Shown piece by piece: positions 52,944 to 64,000 of a DNA stretch of 64,000 nucleotides; the first letter of the stretch is position 1; the number at the start of each line of letters is the position of its first letter. Below the pieces are notes generated by a model. The model saw only the letters and a list, made by a program, of their open reading frames with translations. It searched no databases and was not told the origin of the DNA. The stretch is from assembly GCA_009914755.4 (NCBI GenBank), contig CP086569.2, positions 27,680,001 to 27,744,000 of the forward strand, written 5' to 3'. This DNA is from the human T2T-CHM13v2.0 reference genome, Homo sapiens. Made by a program: the position numbers and the translations under genes.

Positions 52944-55900
52944 GTAATGGAGTGGAGTGGACTGGAGTAGAGTAGATTGCAATGCATTGGATTGTAGGGG
53001 ATGGAAGTGGCTTGGAGTCCATAGGAGTGGAGTGGAATGGAATGGAATGGAGTGGAATGGACTGGAACGGAATGGAGTGGAATGGATTTAAATGGCAGGG
53101 TATCAAATCGAATTGAATCATATTGAATCAAGTCGAATCGAGTGGAGGAAAGAAATCGAATGAAATCGAATGGAATGAATTGAATGGAGTCGAATGTCAA
53201 CCATGGAATCAAAAGTAATGTGGTAAAGTGGAGTGGAGTGGAGTGTTATGGAGTGGAATCGAATGGGGTGACATGGAATTGACTACAGTGGAGAGGAGTG
53301 GAGTGGATTGGGCTAGAGTGGAACGGAAAGGGAAGGAATGGAACTAAATGGAGTGGAGTGGAATGGAGTGGAATGGAATGGAATGGAATGGAATGGAACG
53401 GAATGGAGTAAAATGGAATCGAATCACATGGAACTGAATGAAACCGAATTGAATGAAATTCAATGGAGAAAATGGAATCAAATGGAATCAAATCGAACGG
53501 ATTCGAATGTCATTGAATGGAATCGAAAGGAATGCAGTGAGGTGGGGTTGAGTGGAATGGAGTGGAATGGAATGGGATGAATGGAATTGAATGGAGTGGA
53601 GTGGAATGGAATGGAATGGAAAGGACTGGAATTAAACAAAATGGAGTGTAGTAGAATGGAGTGGATTGGAGTGGAGTGCAGGGGAGTGCAGTGGAATGAA
53701 GAGGAGTGTAGTTGAATGGAATGGAATGTATGGAATGTACTGGAATAGAATGGATAAGAAAGGAATGGAATGGAATCGCATGGAATTGAATAGAATCAAA
53801 TCGAATTGAATAGAATCAAATGGAAAAAATGGAGTCAAATGGAATCGAATGGCATAGAATCGAACGGTTTTGAATGGCAGTGAATGGAAACGAATGGAAT
53901 GCGATGAAGTGGAGCGCAGTGGAGTGGAAACGAGTGCAATGGAATAGGGTGGAACTGCATTTAATGGAAAAGAGTGGATTGGAGTGGACTGGAGTGGAAT
54001 GGAATGGGAAGGAATGGGATTGAAAGGAGTGGCTAGCAGTGGAGTGGAGTGGCATGGAGTGGAGTGGAGTGGAATGGAGTGGAATGGAATGGAGTGGAAT
54101 GGAGTGGATTGGAATGGAATGGAGTGCAGAGGAATGGAATGGAATGGTATAGAGTGGACAGGAATGGAGTGGAGCGGATTGGAATGGAATGGAATGGAAT
54201 GGAATGGAACTGAATGGACTGGAATGGAATGGAATAGAATAGAATCACAGGGAATCAAATTGGATTGAATCGAATCGAAAGGAAAAAAATGAAATCAAAT
54301 GAAATTGAATGGAATCGAAATGAATGTAAACAATGGAATCCAATGGAATCAAATGGAATCGAATCAAATGGTTTTGAATGGCGTAAAATGAAATCGCGAA
54401 GAAGGCAGTGAATTGGAGTGGAGTGGAATAGAGAGGAATGAATTGGAATGGAGTGGATTGGAATAGAGTGGATTCCAGTGGAGTGGAGTGGATTGGATTT
54501 TAATGGAACGGAATAGACTGGATTGGAGTGGTGTAGATTGCAGTGGATTGGAGTGGAGAGGAATGGAGTGGAGTGAAGTCGAGTTGAGTGGAATGGAAAG
54601 GAGTGGAGCAGAGTGGAATGCAAAAGAATGAAGTGGATTGGTGTGGAATGGAATGGCGTGGAATGGAGTGGAATAGAATGGAATGGAATCGCATGGAAGG
54701 ATATCAAATCCAATGGAATCGAAGGAAAATTATGAATCCAATGGAATCGAAAGGATTCCAAAGGAACGGATTCGAAAGGCCTTTAATGGAATGGAAAGGT
54801 ATGCAGTGAAGTGGAGTGGACTGGAGTGGATTGTTTTAGAGTGAAATGGGGTGGATTGGAACACTATGTGGTGGAGTGGAGTGTAGTGGATCGGAGTGGA
54901 GTGCCGTGGAGTGGACTAGAGTAGGGTGGAGTGGAGTGCATTGGAGTGGAATGGAGTGGAGTGGGGTGGAATGGAAAGGAATGATATCAAATCGCATGGT
55001 AATGAATCAAATGGAATGAAATAATGGAATCGAAGGCAAACGAATGGAATCGAATTGCACTGATTCTACTGACTTCGAAGAAAATGAAATGAAACGCGGT
55101 GAAGTGGAGTGGAGTGGAATGTATTAGGGTGGAATGGAATTGAATGGTGTGGAGTGGAGTGGAGTGCCCAGGAGTGGAATGGGAAGAAATGGAATTGAAC
55201 GGAGTGGAGTGGAGTGGAATGGAGGGTAATGGCATGGAATGGAGTGGAGTGGAGTAGAGTGGAATGGGTTGGAATGGAATGCAGAGGACAGGAGTGGAGT
55301 GTGGTGGACTGGAGTGGAGTGGAGTTGAGTGGAGTGGATTGGATTGAAATAGAGCGGAGCAGAGTGGAATGGAATTGAATCACATGGTATTGAATCAAAT
55401 CGAATGGAATTAAATCGAATGAAAAAACGGAATCAAAAGCAAACGAATGGAGTCAAACCACATTGGTTAGACTGACATCGAATAATATCAAAAGAAATGT
55501 GGTGAAGTGGAGTGGAGTGTACTGAAATGGGGTGGAATGAAATTGAATGGAGTGGAGTGGAGTCTACTGGAGTGGAATGGAATGGAATGGAAAGGAATGG
55601 AATAGAATGGAGTGAAGTGCAGTGCAGTGAAATGGAGTGGAAAGGAATGGAATGGAAAGAATTGAATCAAATGGAACCGAAGTGAATCGAATCTAATGAA
55701 ATTGAACGCAAATTGTGGAATGAGTAGAATCGAAAAAGATGTATTCAAATGGCAACAAATAAAATTGAATGGAATGCGGTGAGGTGGAGGGGATTGGAAT
55801 GGATTTGAATGGAATGTGGTGTAATTGAATTGAATGGAGTGGAGTGGAGTGAACTGGAGTGGAATGGAATGGAATGGGCAGACATGGAATTGAAAGGCGT

Positions 55901-56045
55901 GGAGTGGAGTGGAATTGAGAGGAGTGGAATGGAGTAGGGTGGATTGTGGTGGAGAATAATGGAAAAGAGTGGAGTGGAATGGAACGGATTGGAGTGGAGT
56001 GGAATGGAATGGAATTGAGTGAAGTGGAGTGTAGTGGAATGGAGA
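52944..56045 (+). repeat. HOR copy 18
   Basis: Landmark at 52944 (variant 'ctggagtagagtagattgcaatgcattggattg'); unit 3102 bp. Confidence 0.8.
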
Positions 56046-59000
56046 GTAATGGAGTGGAGTGGACTGGAGTGGAGTAGATTGCAGTGCATTGGACTGTAGG
56101 GGATGGAAGTGGATTGGAGTCCATAGGAGTGGAGTGGAATGGAATGGAATGGAGTGGAATGGACTGGAACGGAATGGATTTAAATGGCAGGGAATCAAAT
56201 CGAATTGAATCATATTGAATCAAGTCGAATCGAGTGGAGGAAAGAAATCGAATGAAATCGAATGGAATGAATTGAATGGAGTCGAATGTCAACCATGGAA
56301 TCAAAAGTAATGTGGTAAAGTGGAGTGGAGTGGAGTGTTATGGAGTGGAATGGAATGGGGTGACATGGAATTGAATACAGTGGAGAGGAGTGGAGTGGAT
56401 TGGGCTAGAGTTGAACGGAAAGGGAAGGAATGGAACTAAATGGAGTGGAGTGGAATGGAGTGGAATGGAATGGAATGGAATGGAATGGAACGGAATGGAG
56501 CAAAATGGAATCGAATCACATGGAACTGAATGAAACCGAATTGAATGAAATTCAATGGAGAAAATGGAATCAAATGGAATCAAATCGAACGGATTCGAAT
56601 GTCATTGAATGGAATCGAAAGGAATGCAGTGAGGTGGGGTTGAGTGGAATGGAGTGGAATGGAATGGGATGAATGGAATTGAATGGAGTGGAGTGGAATG
56701 GAATGGAATGGAAAGGACTGGAATTGAACAAAATGGAGTGTAGTAGAATGGAGTGGATTGGAGTGGAGTGCAGGGGAGTGCAGTGGAATGAAGAGGAGTG
56801 TAGTTGAATGGAATGGAATGTATGGAATGTACTGCAATAGAATGGATAAGAAAGGAATGGAATGGAATCGCATGGAATTGAATAGAATCAAATCGAATTG
56901 AATAGAATCAAATGGAAAAAATGGAGTCAAATGGAATCGAATGGCATAGAATCGAACGGTTTTGAATGGCAGTGAATGGAAACGAATGGAATGCGATGAA
57001 GTGGAGCGCAGTGGAGTGGAAAGGAGTGCAATGGAATAGGGTGGAACTGCATTTAATGGAACAGAGTGGATTGGAGTGGACTGGAGTGGAATGGAATGGG
57101 AAGGAATGGGATTGAAAGGAGTGGTGTGCAGTGGAGTGGAGTGGCATGGAGTGGAGTGGAGTGGAATGGAGTGGAATGGAATGGAGTGGAATGGAGTGGA
57201 TTGGAATGGAATGGAGTGCAGAGGAATGGAATGGAATGGTATAGAGTGGACAGGAATGGAGTGGAGTGGATTGGAATGGAATGGAATGGAATGGAATGGA
57301 ACTGAATGGACTGGAATGGAATGCAATAGAATGGAATCACAGGGAATCAAATTGGATTGAATCGAATCGAAAGGAAAAAAATGAAATCAAATGAAATTGA
57401 ATGGAATCGAAATGAATGTAAACAATGGAATCCAATGGAATCAAATGGAATCGAATCAAATGGTTTTGAATGGCGTAAAATGAAATCGCAAGGAAGACAG
57501 TGAATTGGAGTGGAGTGGAATAGAGAGGAATGAATTGGAATGGAGTGGATTGGAATGGAGTGGATTCCAGTGGAGTGGAGTGGATTGGATTTTAATGGAA
57601 TGGAATAGACTGGATTGCAGTGGTGTAGATTGCAGTGGATTGGAGTGGAGAGGAATGGAGTGGAGTGAAGTCGAGTTGAGTGGAATGGAATGGAGTGGAG
57701 CAGAGTGGAATGCAAAAGAATGAAGTGGATTGGTGTGGAATGGAATGGCGTGGAATGGAGTAGAATAGAATGGAATGGAATCGCATGGAAGGATATCAAA
57801 TCAAATGGAATCGAACGAAAATTATGAATCCAATGGAATCGAAAGGATTCCAAAGGAACGGATTCGAAAGGCATTTAATGGAATGGAAAGGTATGCAGTG
57901 AAGTGGAGTGGAGTGGAGGGGATTGGTTTAGAGTGAAATGGGGTGGATTGGAACACTATGTTGTGGAGTGGAGTGTAGTGGATCGGAGTGGAGTGCCGTG
58001 GAGTGGACTAGAGTGGGGTGGAGTGGAGTGCATTGGAGTGGAATGGAGTGGAGTGGGGTGGAATGGAATGGAATGGCATCAAATCGCATAGTAATGAGTC
58101 AAACGGAATGAAATAATGGAATCGAAGGCAAACGAATGGAATCGAATTGCACTGATTCTTCTGACTTCGAACAAAATGAAATGAAATGCGGTGAAGTGGA
58201 GTGGAGTGGAATGTATTAGGGTGGAATGGAATTGAATGGTGTGGAGTGGATTGGAGTGCCCAGGAGTGGAATGGGAAGAAATGGAATTGAACGGAGTGGA
58301 GTGGAGTGGAATGGAGGGTAATAGAGTGGAATGGAGTGGAGTGGAGTAGAGTGGAATGGGTTGGAATGGAATGCAGAGGACAGGAGTGGAGTGTGGTGGA
58401 CTGGAGGGGAGTGGAGTTGAGTGGAGTGGATTGGATTGAAATAGAGCGGAGCAGAGTGGAATGGAATTGAATCATATGGTATTGAATCAAATCGAATGGA
58501 ATTAAATCGAATGAAAAAACGGAATCAAAAGCAAACGAATGGAGTCAAACCACATTGGTTAGACTGACATCGAATAATATCAAAAGAAATGCGGTGAAGT
58601 GGAGGGGAGTGTACTGAAATGGGGTGGAATGAAATTGAATGGAGTGGAGTGGAGTGGAGTCTACTGGAGTGGAATGGAATGGAATGGAAAGGAATGGAAT
58701 AGAATGGAGTGAAGTGCAGTGAAGTGAAATGGAGTGGAAAGGAATGGAATGGAAAGAATTGAATCAAATGGAATCGAAGTGAATCGAATCTAATGAAATT
58801 GAACGCAATATGTGGAATGAGTAGAATCGAAAAAGATGGATTCAAATGGCAACAAATAAAATTGAATGGAATGCGGTGAGGTGGAGGGGATTGGAATGGA
58901 GTTGAATGGAATGTGGTGTAATTGAATTGAATGGAGTGGAGTGGAGTGAACTGGAGTGGAATGGAATGGAATGGGCAGGCATGGAATTGAAAGGCGTGGA

Positions 59001-59143
59001 GTGGAGTGGAATTGAGAGGAGTGGAATGGAGTAGGGTGGATTGTGGTGGAGAATAATGGAAAAGAGTGGAGTGGAATGGAACGGATTGGAGTGGAGTGGA
59101 ATGGAATGGAATTGAGTGAAGTGGAGTGTAGTGGAATGGAGAG
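56046..59143 (+). repeat. HOR copy 19
   Basis: Landmark at 56046; unit 3098 bp. Confidence 0.8.
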
Positions 59144-62100
59144 TAATGGAGTGGAGTGGACTGGAGTGGAGTAGATTGCAGTGCATTGGACTGTAGGGGA
59201 TAGAAGTGGCTTGGAGTCCATAGGAGTGGAGTGGAATGGAATGGAATGGAGTGGAATGGATTGGAACGGAATGGAATGGAATGGATTTAAATGGCAGGGA
59301 ATCAAATCGAATTGAATCATATTGAATCAAGTCTAATCGAGTGGAGGAAAGAAATCGAATGAAATCGAATGGAATGAATTGAATGGAGTCGAATGTCAAC
59401 CATGGAATCAAAAGTAATGTGGTAAAGTGGAGTGGAGTGGCGTGTTATGGAGAGGAATGGAATGGGGTGACATGGAATTGAATACATTGGAGAGGAGTGG
59501 AGTGGATTGGGGTAGAGTTGAACGGAAAGGGAAGGAATGGAACTAAATGGAGTGGAGTGGAATGGAGTGGAATGGAATGGAATGGAATGGAATGGAACGG
59601 AATGGAGTGCAATGGAATAGAATCACATGGAACTGAATGAAACCGAATTGAATGAAATTCAATTGAGAAAATGGAACAAATGGAATCAAATCGAACGGAT
59701 TCGAATGTCATTGAATGGAATCGAAAGGAATGCAGTGAGGTGGGGTTGAGTGGAATGGAGTGGAATGGAATGGGATGAATGGAATTGAATGGAGTGGAGT
59801 GGAATGGAATGGAATGGAAAGGACTGGAATTGAACAAAATGGAGTGTAGTAGAATGGAGTGGATTGGAGTGGAGTGCAGGGGAGTGCAGTGGAATGAAGA
59901 GGAGTGTAGTTGAATGGAATGGAATGTATGGAATGTACTGGAATAGAATGGATAAGAAAGGAATGGAATGGAATCGCATGGAATTGAATAGAATCAAATC
60001 GAATTGAATAGAATCCAATGGAAAAAATGGAGTCAAATGGAATCGAATGGCATAGAATCGAACGGTTTTGAATGGCAGTGAATGGAAACGAATGGAATGC
60101 GATGAAGTGGAGCAGAGTGGAGTGGAAAGGAGTGCAATGGAATAGGGTGGAACTGAATTTAATGGAACAGAGTGGATTGGAGTGGACTGGAGTGGAATGG
60201 AATGGGAAGGAATGGGATTGAAAGGAGTGGCGTGCAGTGGACTGGAGTGGCATGGAGTGGAGTGGAGTGGAATGGAGTGGAATGGAATGGAGTGGAATGG
60301 AGTGGATTGGAATGGAATGGAGTGCAGGGGAATGGAATGGAATGGTATAGAGTGGACAGGAATGGAGTGGAGTGGATTGGAATGGAATGGAATGGAATGG
60401 AATGGAACTGAATGGACAGGAATGGAATGGAATAGAATGGAATCACAGGGAATCAAATTGGATTGAATCGAATCGAATGTAAAAAATGAAATCAAATTAA
60501 ATTGAATGGAATCGAAATGAATGTAAAGAATGGAATCCAATGGAATCAAATGGAGTCGAATCAAATGGTTTTGAATGGCGTAAAATGAAATCGCGAGGAA
60601 GGCAGTGAATTGGAGTGGAGTGGAATAGAGAGGAATGAATTGGAATGGAGTGGAGTGGAATGGAGTGGATTCCAGTGGAGTGGAGTGGATTGGATTTTAA
60701 TGGAATGGAATAGACTGGATTGGAGTGGTGTAGAGTGCAGTGGATTGGATTGGAGAGGAATGGAGTGGAGTGAAGTAGAGTTGAGTGGAATGGAATGGAG
60801 AGGAGCAGAGTGGAATGCAAAAGAATGAAGTGGATTGGTGTGGAATGGAATGGCGTGGAATGGAGTGGAATAGAATGGAATGGAATCGCATGGAAGGATA
60901 TCAAATCCAATGGAATCGAACGAAAATTTTGAATCCAATGGAATCGAAAGGATTCCAAAGGAACGGATTCGAAAGGCATTTAATGGAATGGAAAGGTATG
61001 CAGTGAAGGTTAGTGGAGTGGAGTGGATTGTTTTAGAGTGAAATGGGGTGGATTGGAACACTATGTGGTGGAGTGGAGTGTAGTGGATCGGAGTGGAGTG
61101 CCGTGGAGTGGACTAGAGTGGGGTGGAGTGGAGTGCATTGGAGTGGAATGGAGTGGAGTGGGGTGGAATGGAATGGAATGGCATCAAATGGCATGGTAAT
61201 GAATCAAATGGAATCAAATGGAATGAAATAATGGAATCGAAGGCAAACGAATGGAATCGAATTGCACTGATTCTACTGACTTCGAAGAAAATGAAATGAA
61301 ATGCGGTGAAGTGGAGTGGAGTGGAATGTATTAGGGTGGAATGGAATTGAATGGTGTGGAGTGGAGTGGAGTGCCCAGGAGTGGAATGGGAAGAAATGGA
61401 ATTGAACGGAGTGGAGTGGAGTGGAATGGAGGGTAATGGAGTGGAATGGAGTGGAGTGGAGTAGAGTGGAATGGGTTGGAGTGGAATGCAGAGGACAGGA
61501 GTGGAGTGTTGTGGACTGGAGTGGAGTGGTGTTGAGTGGAGTGGATTGGATTGAAATAGAGCGGAGCAGAGTGGAATGGAATTGAATCACATGGTATTGA
61601 ATCAAATCGAATGGAATTAAATCGAATGAAAAAACGGAATCAAAAGCAAACGAATGGAGTCAAACCACATTGGTTAGACTGACATCGAATAATATCAAAA
61701 GAAATGCGGTGAAGTGGAGTGGAGTGTAATGAAATGGGGTGGAATGAAATTGAATGGAGTGGAGTGGAGTGGAGTCTACTGGAGTGGAATGGAATGGAAT
61801 GGAAAGCAATGGAATAGAATGGAGTGAAGTGCAGTGCAGTGAAATGGAGTGGAAAGGAATGGAATGGAAAGAATTGAATCAAATGGAATAGAAGTGAATC
61901 GAATCTAATGAAATTGAATGCAAAAAATTGAATGAGTAGAATCGAAAAAGATGGATTCAAATGGCAACAAATAAAATTGAATGGAATGCGGTGAGGTGGA
62001 GGGGATTGGAATGGAGTTGAATGGAATGTGGTGTAATTGAATTGAATGGAGTGGAGTGGAGTGAACTGGAGTGGAATGGAATGGAATGGGCAGGCATGGA

Positions 62101-62257
62101 ATTGAAAGGCGTGGAGTGGAGTGGAATTGAGAGGAGTGGAATGGAATAGGGTGGATTGTGGTGGAGAATAATGGAAAAGAGTGGAGTGGAATGGAACGGA
62201 ATGGAGTGGAGTGGAATGGAATGGAATTGAGTGAAGTGGAGTGTAGTGGAATGGAGA
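59144..62257 (+). repeat. HOR copy 20
   Basis: Landmark at 59144; unit 3114 bp. Confidence 0.8.
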
Positions 62258-64000
62258 GTAATGGAGTGGAGTGGACTGGAGTGGAGTAGATTGCAGTGCA
62301 TTGGACTGTAGGGGATAGAAGTGGCTTGGAGTCCATAGGAGTGGAGTGGAATGGAATGGAATGGAGTGGAATGGACTGGAACGGAATGGAATGGAATGGA
62401 TTTAAATGGCAGGGAATCAAATCGAATTGAATCATATTGAATCAAGTCGAATCGAGTGGAGGAAAGAAATCGAATGAAATCGAATGGAATGAATTGAATG
62501 GAGTCGAATGTCAACCATGGAATCGAAAGTAATGTGGTAAAGTGGAGTGGAGTGGAGTGTTATGGAGTGGAATGGAATGGGGTGATATGGAATTGAATAC
62601 AGTGGAGAGGATTGGAGTGGATTGGGCTAGAGTTGAACGGAAAGGGAATGAATGGAACTAAATGGAGTGGAGTGGAATGGAGTGGAATGGAATGGAATGG
62701 AATGGAATGGAACGGAATGGAGTGGAATGGAATCGAATCACATGGAACTGAATGAAACCGAATTGAATGAAATTCAATGGAGAAAATGGAATCAAATGGA
62801 ATCAAATCGATCGGATTTGAATGTCATTGAATGGAATCGAAAGGAATGCAGTGAGGTGGGGTTGAGTGGAATGGAGTGGAATGGAATGGGATGAATGGAA
62901 TTGAATGGAGTGGAGTGGAATGGAATGGAATGCAAAGGACTGGAATTGAACAAAATGGAGTGTAGTAGAATGGAGTGGATTGGAGTGGAGTGCAGGGGAG
63001 TGCAGTGGAATGAAGGGGAGTGTAGTTGAATGGAATGGAATGTATGGAATGTACTGGAATAGAATGGATAAGAAAGGAATGGAATGGAATCGCATGGAAT
63101 TGAATAGAATCAAATCGAATTGAATAGAATCAAATGGAAAAAATGGAGTCAAATGGAATCGAATGGCATAGAATCGAACGGTTTTGAATGGCAGTTAATT
63201 GGAACGAATGGAATGCGATGAAGTGGAGCAGAGTGGAGTGGAAAGGAGTGCAATGGAATAGGGTGGAACTGAATTTAATGGAACAGAGTGGATTGGAGTG
63301 GACTGGAGTGGAATGGAATGGGAAGGAATGGGATTGAAAGGAGTGGCGTGCAGTGGAGTGGAGTGGCATGGAGTGGAGTGGAGTGGAATGGAGTGGAATG
63401 GAATGGAGTGGAATGGAGTGGATTGGAATGGAATGGAGTGTAGAGGAATGGAATGGAATGGTATAGAGTGGACAGGAATGGAGTGGAGTGGATTGGAATG
63501 GAATGGAATGGAATGGAATGGAACTGAATGGACTGGAATGGAATGGAATAGAATGGAATCACAGGGAATCAAATTGGATTGAATCGAATCGAATGGAAAA
63601 AATGAAATCAAATGAAATTGAATGGAATCGAAATGAATGTAAACAATGGAATCCAATGGAATCCAATGGAATCGAATCAAATGGTTTTGAATGGCGTAAA
63701 ATGAAATCGCAAGGAAGGCAGTGAATTGGAGTGGAGTGGAATAGAGAGGAATGAATTGGAATGGAGTGGAGTGGAATGGAGTGGATTCCAGTGGAGTGGA
63801 GTGGATTGGATCGGAATGGAATGGAATAGACTGGATTGGAGTGGTGTAGAGTGCAGTGGATTGGAGTGGAGAGGAATGGAGTGGAGAGAAGTCGAGTTGA
63901 GTGGAATGGAATGGAGTGGAGCAGAGTGGAATGCAAAAGAATGAAGTGGATTGGTGTGGAATGGAATGGCGTGGAATGGAGTGGAATAGAATGGAATGGA
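62258..64000 (+). repeat. HOR copy 21 (partial, cut by the window end)
   Basis: Landmark at 62258; the window ends after about 1.74 kb of this unit. Confidence 0.75.

Larger units (their letters stand above)
1..64000 (+). repeat. HSat3-type (GGAAT)n satellite array, purine-rich strand on +, organised as about 3.1 kb higher-order repeats; spans the whole window and is cut at both ends
   Basis: Seen directly: near-continuous ggaat/ggagt/gaatc pentamers. The landmark string 'gtaatggagtggagtggactggagtggagtagattgcagtgcattggactgtaggggatagaagtggcttggag' recurs every 3098-3141 bp, 21 times. The + strand has almost no C. A degenerate form of the SatIII-diagnostic decamer (CAACCCGAAT-like 'tcaaccatggaat') occurs once per HOR. 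The HSat2-type 'atcatcgaatgg' structure is absent. Confidence 0.96.

Noticed and set aside
1-64000. Possibility of a prokaryotic or phage 'novel system' (defence island, CRISPR array, operon) as hinted by the task framing
   Set aside because: The only periodicities are 5 bp, about 300-500 bp and about 3.1 kb, with 95-100% identical units and no unique spacers. CRISPR arrays need 25-50 bp repeats alternating with unique spacers, which are absent. There are no non-repetitive genes, RBS or promoter architecture, and composition is that of primate pericentromeric satellite.

Overview
The whole 64 kb window is one uninterrupted tandem satellite array of the pentameric (GGAAT)n / (ATTCC)n family, i.e. 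human/hominoid Satellite III (HSat3)-type pericentromeric or acrocentric heterochromatin. The + strand is the purine-rich strand: it is almost entirely G/A/T, with C only sporadically. The 5-bp motif and its variants GGAGT, GGATT, GAATC and AAATG are organised into a higher-order repeat (HOR) of about 3.10-3.14 kb, present in about 20.5 tandem head-to-tail copies that share about 95-100% identity. Each HOR is itself built from about 9 diverged subunits of about 275-500 bp. Above the HOR level there are larger, very recent segmental duplications: blocks of 1, 2, 4 and 6 HOR units that are near-identical.

There are no credible protein-coding genes, tRNAs, rRNAs, CRISPR arrays or mobile elements. 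Every ORF in the supplied six-frame track is an artefact of stop-codon-free pentamer periodicity (repeating ...MEWNG... on + and ...IPFHS... on -). This is eukaryotic satellite DNA, so prokaryotic operon or defence-system logic does not apply, and I find no evidence of a novel 'system' here.

What is interesting is architectural: a multi-level repeat hierarchy, two non-pentameric unique islands per HOR that are paralogous to each other, a shift in HOR haplotype around 36-37 kb, and recent multi-HOR duplications. Chromosome of origin and HSat3 subfamily cannot be assigned without a database search.
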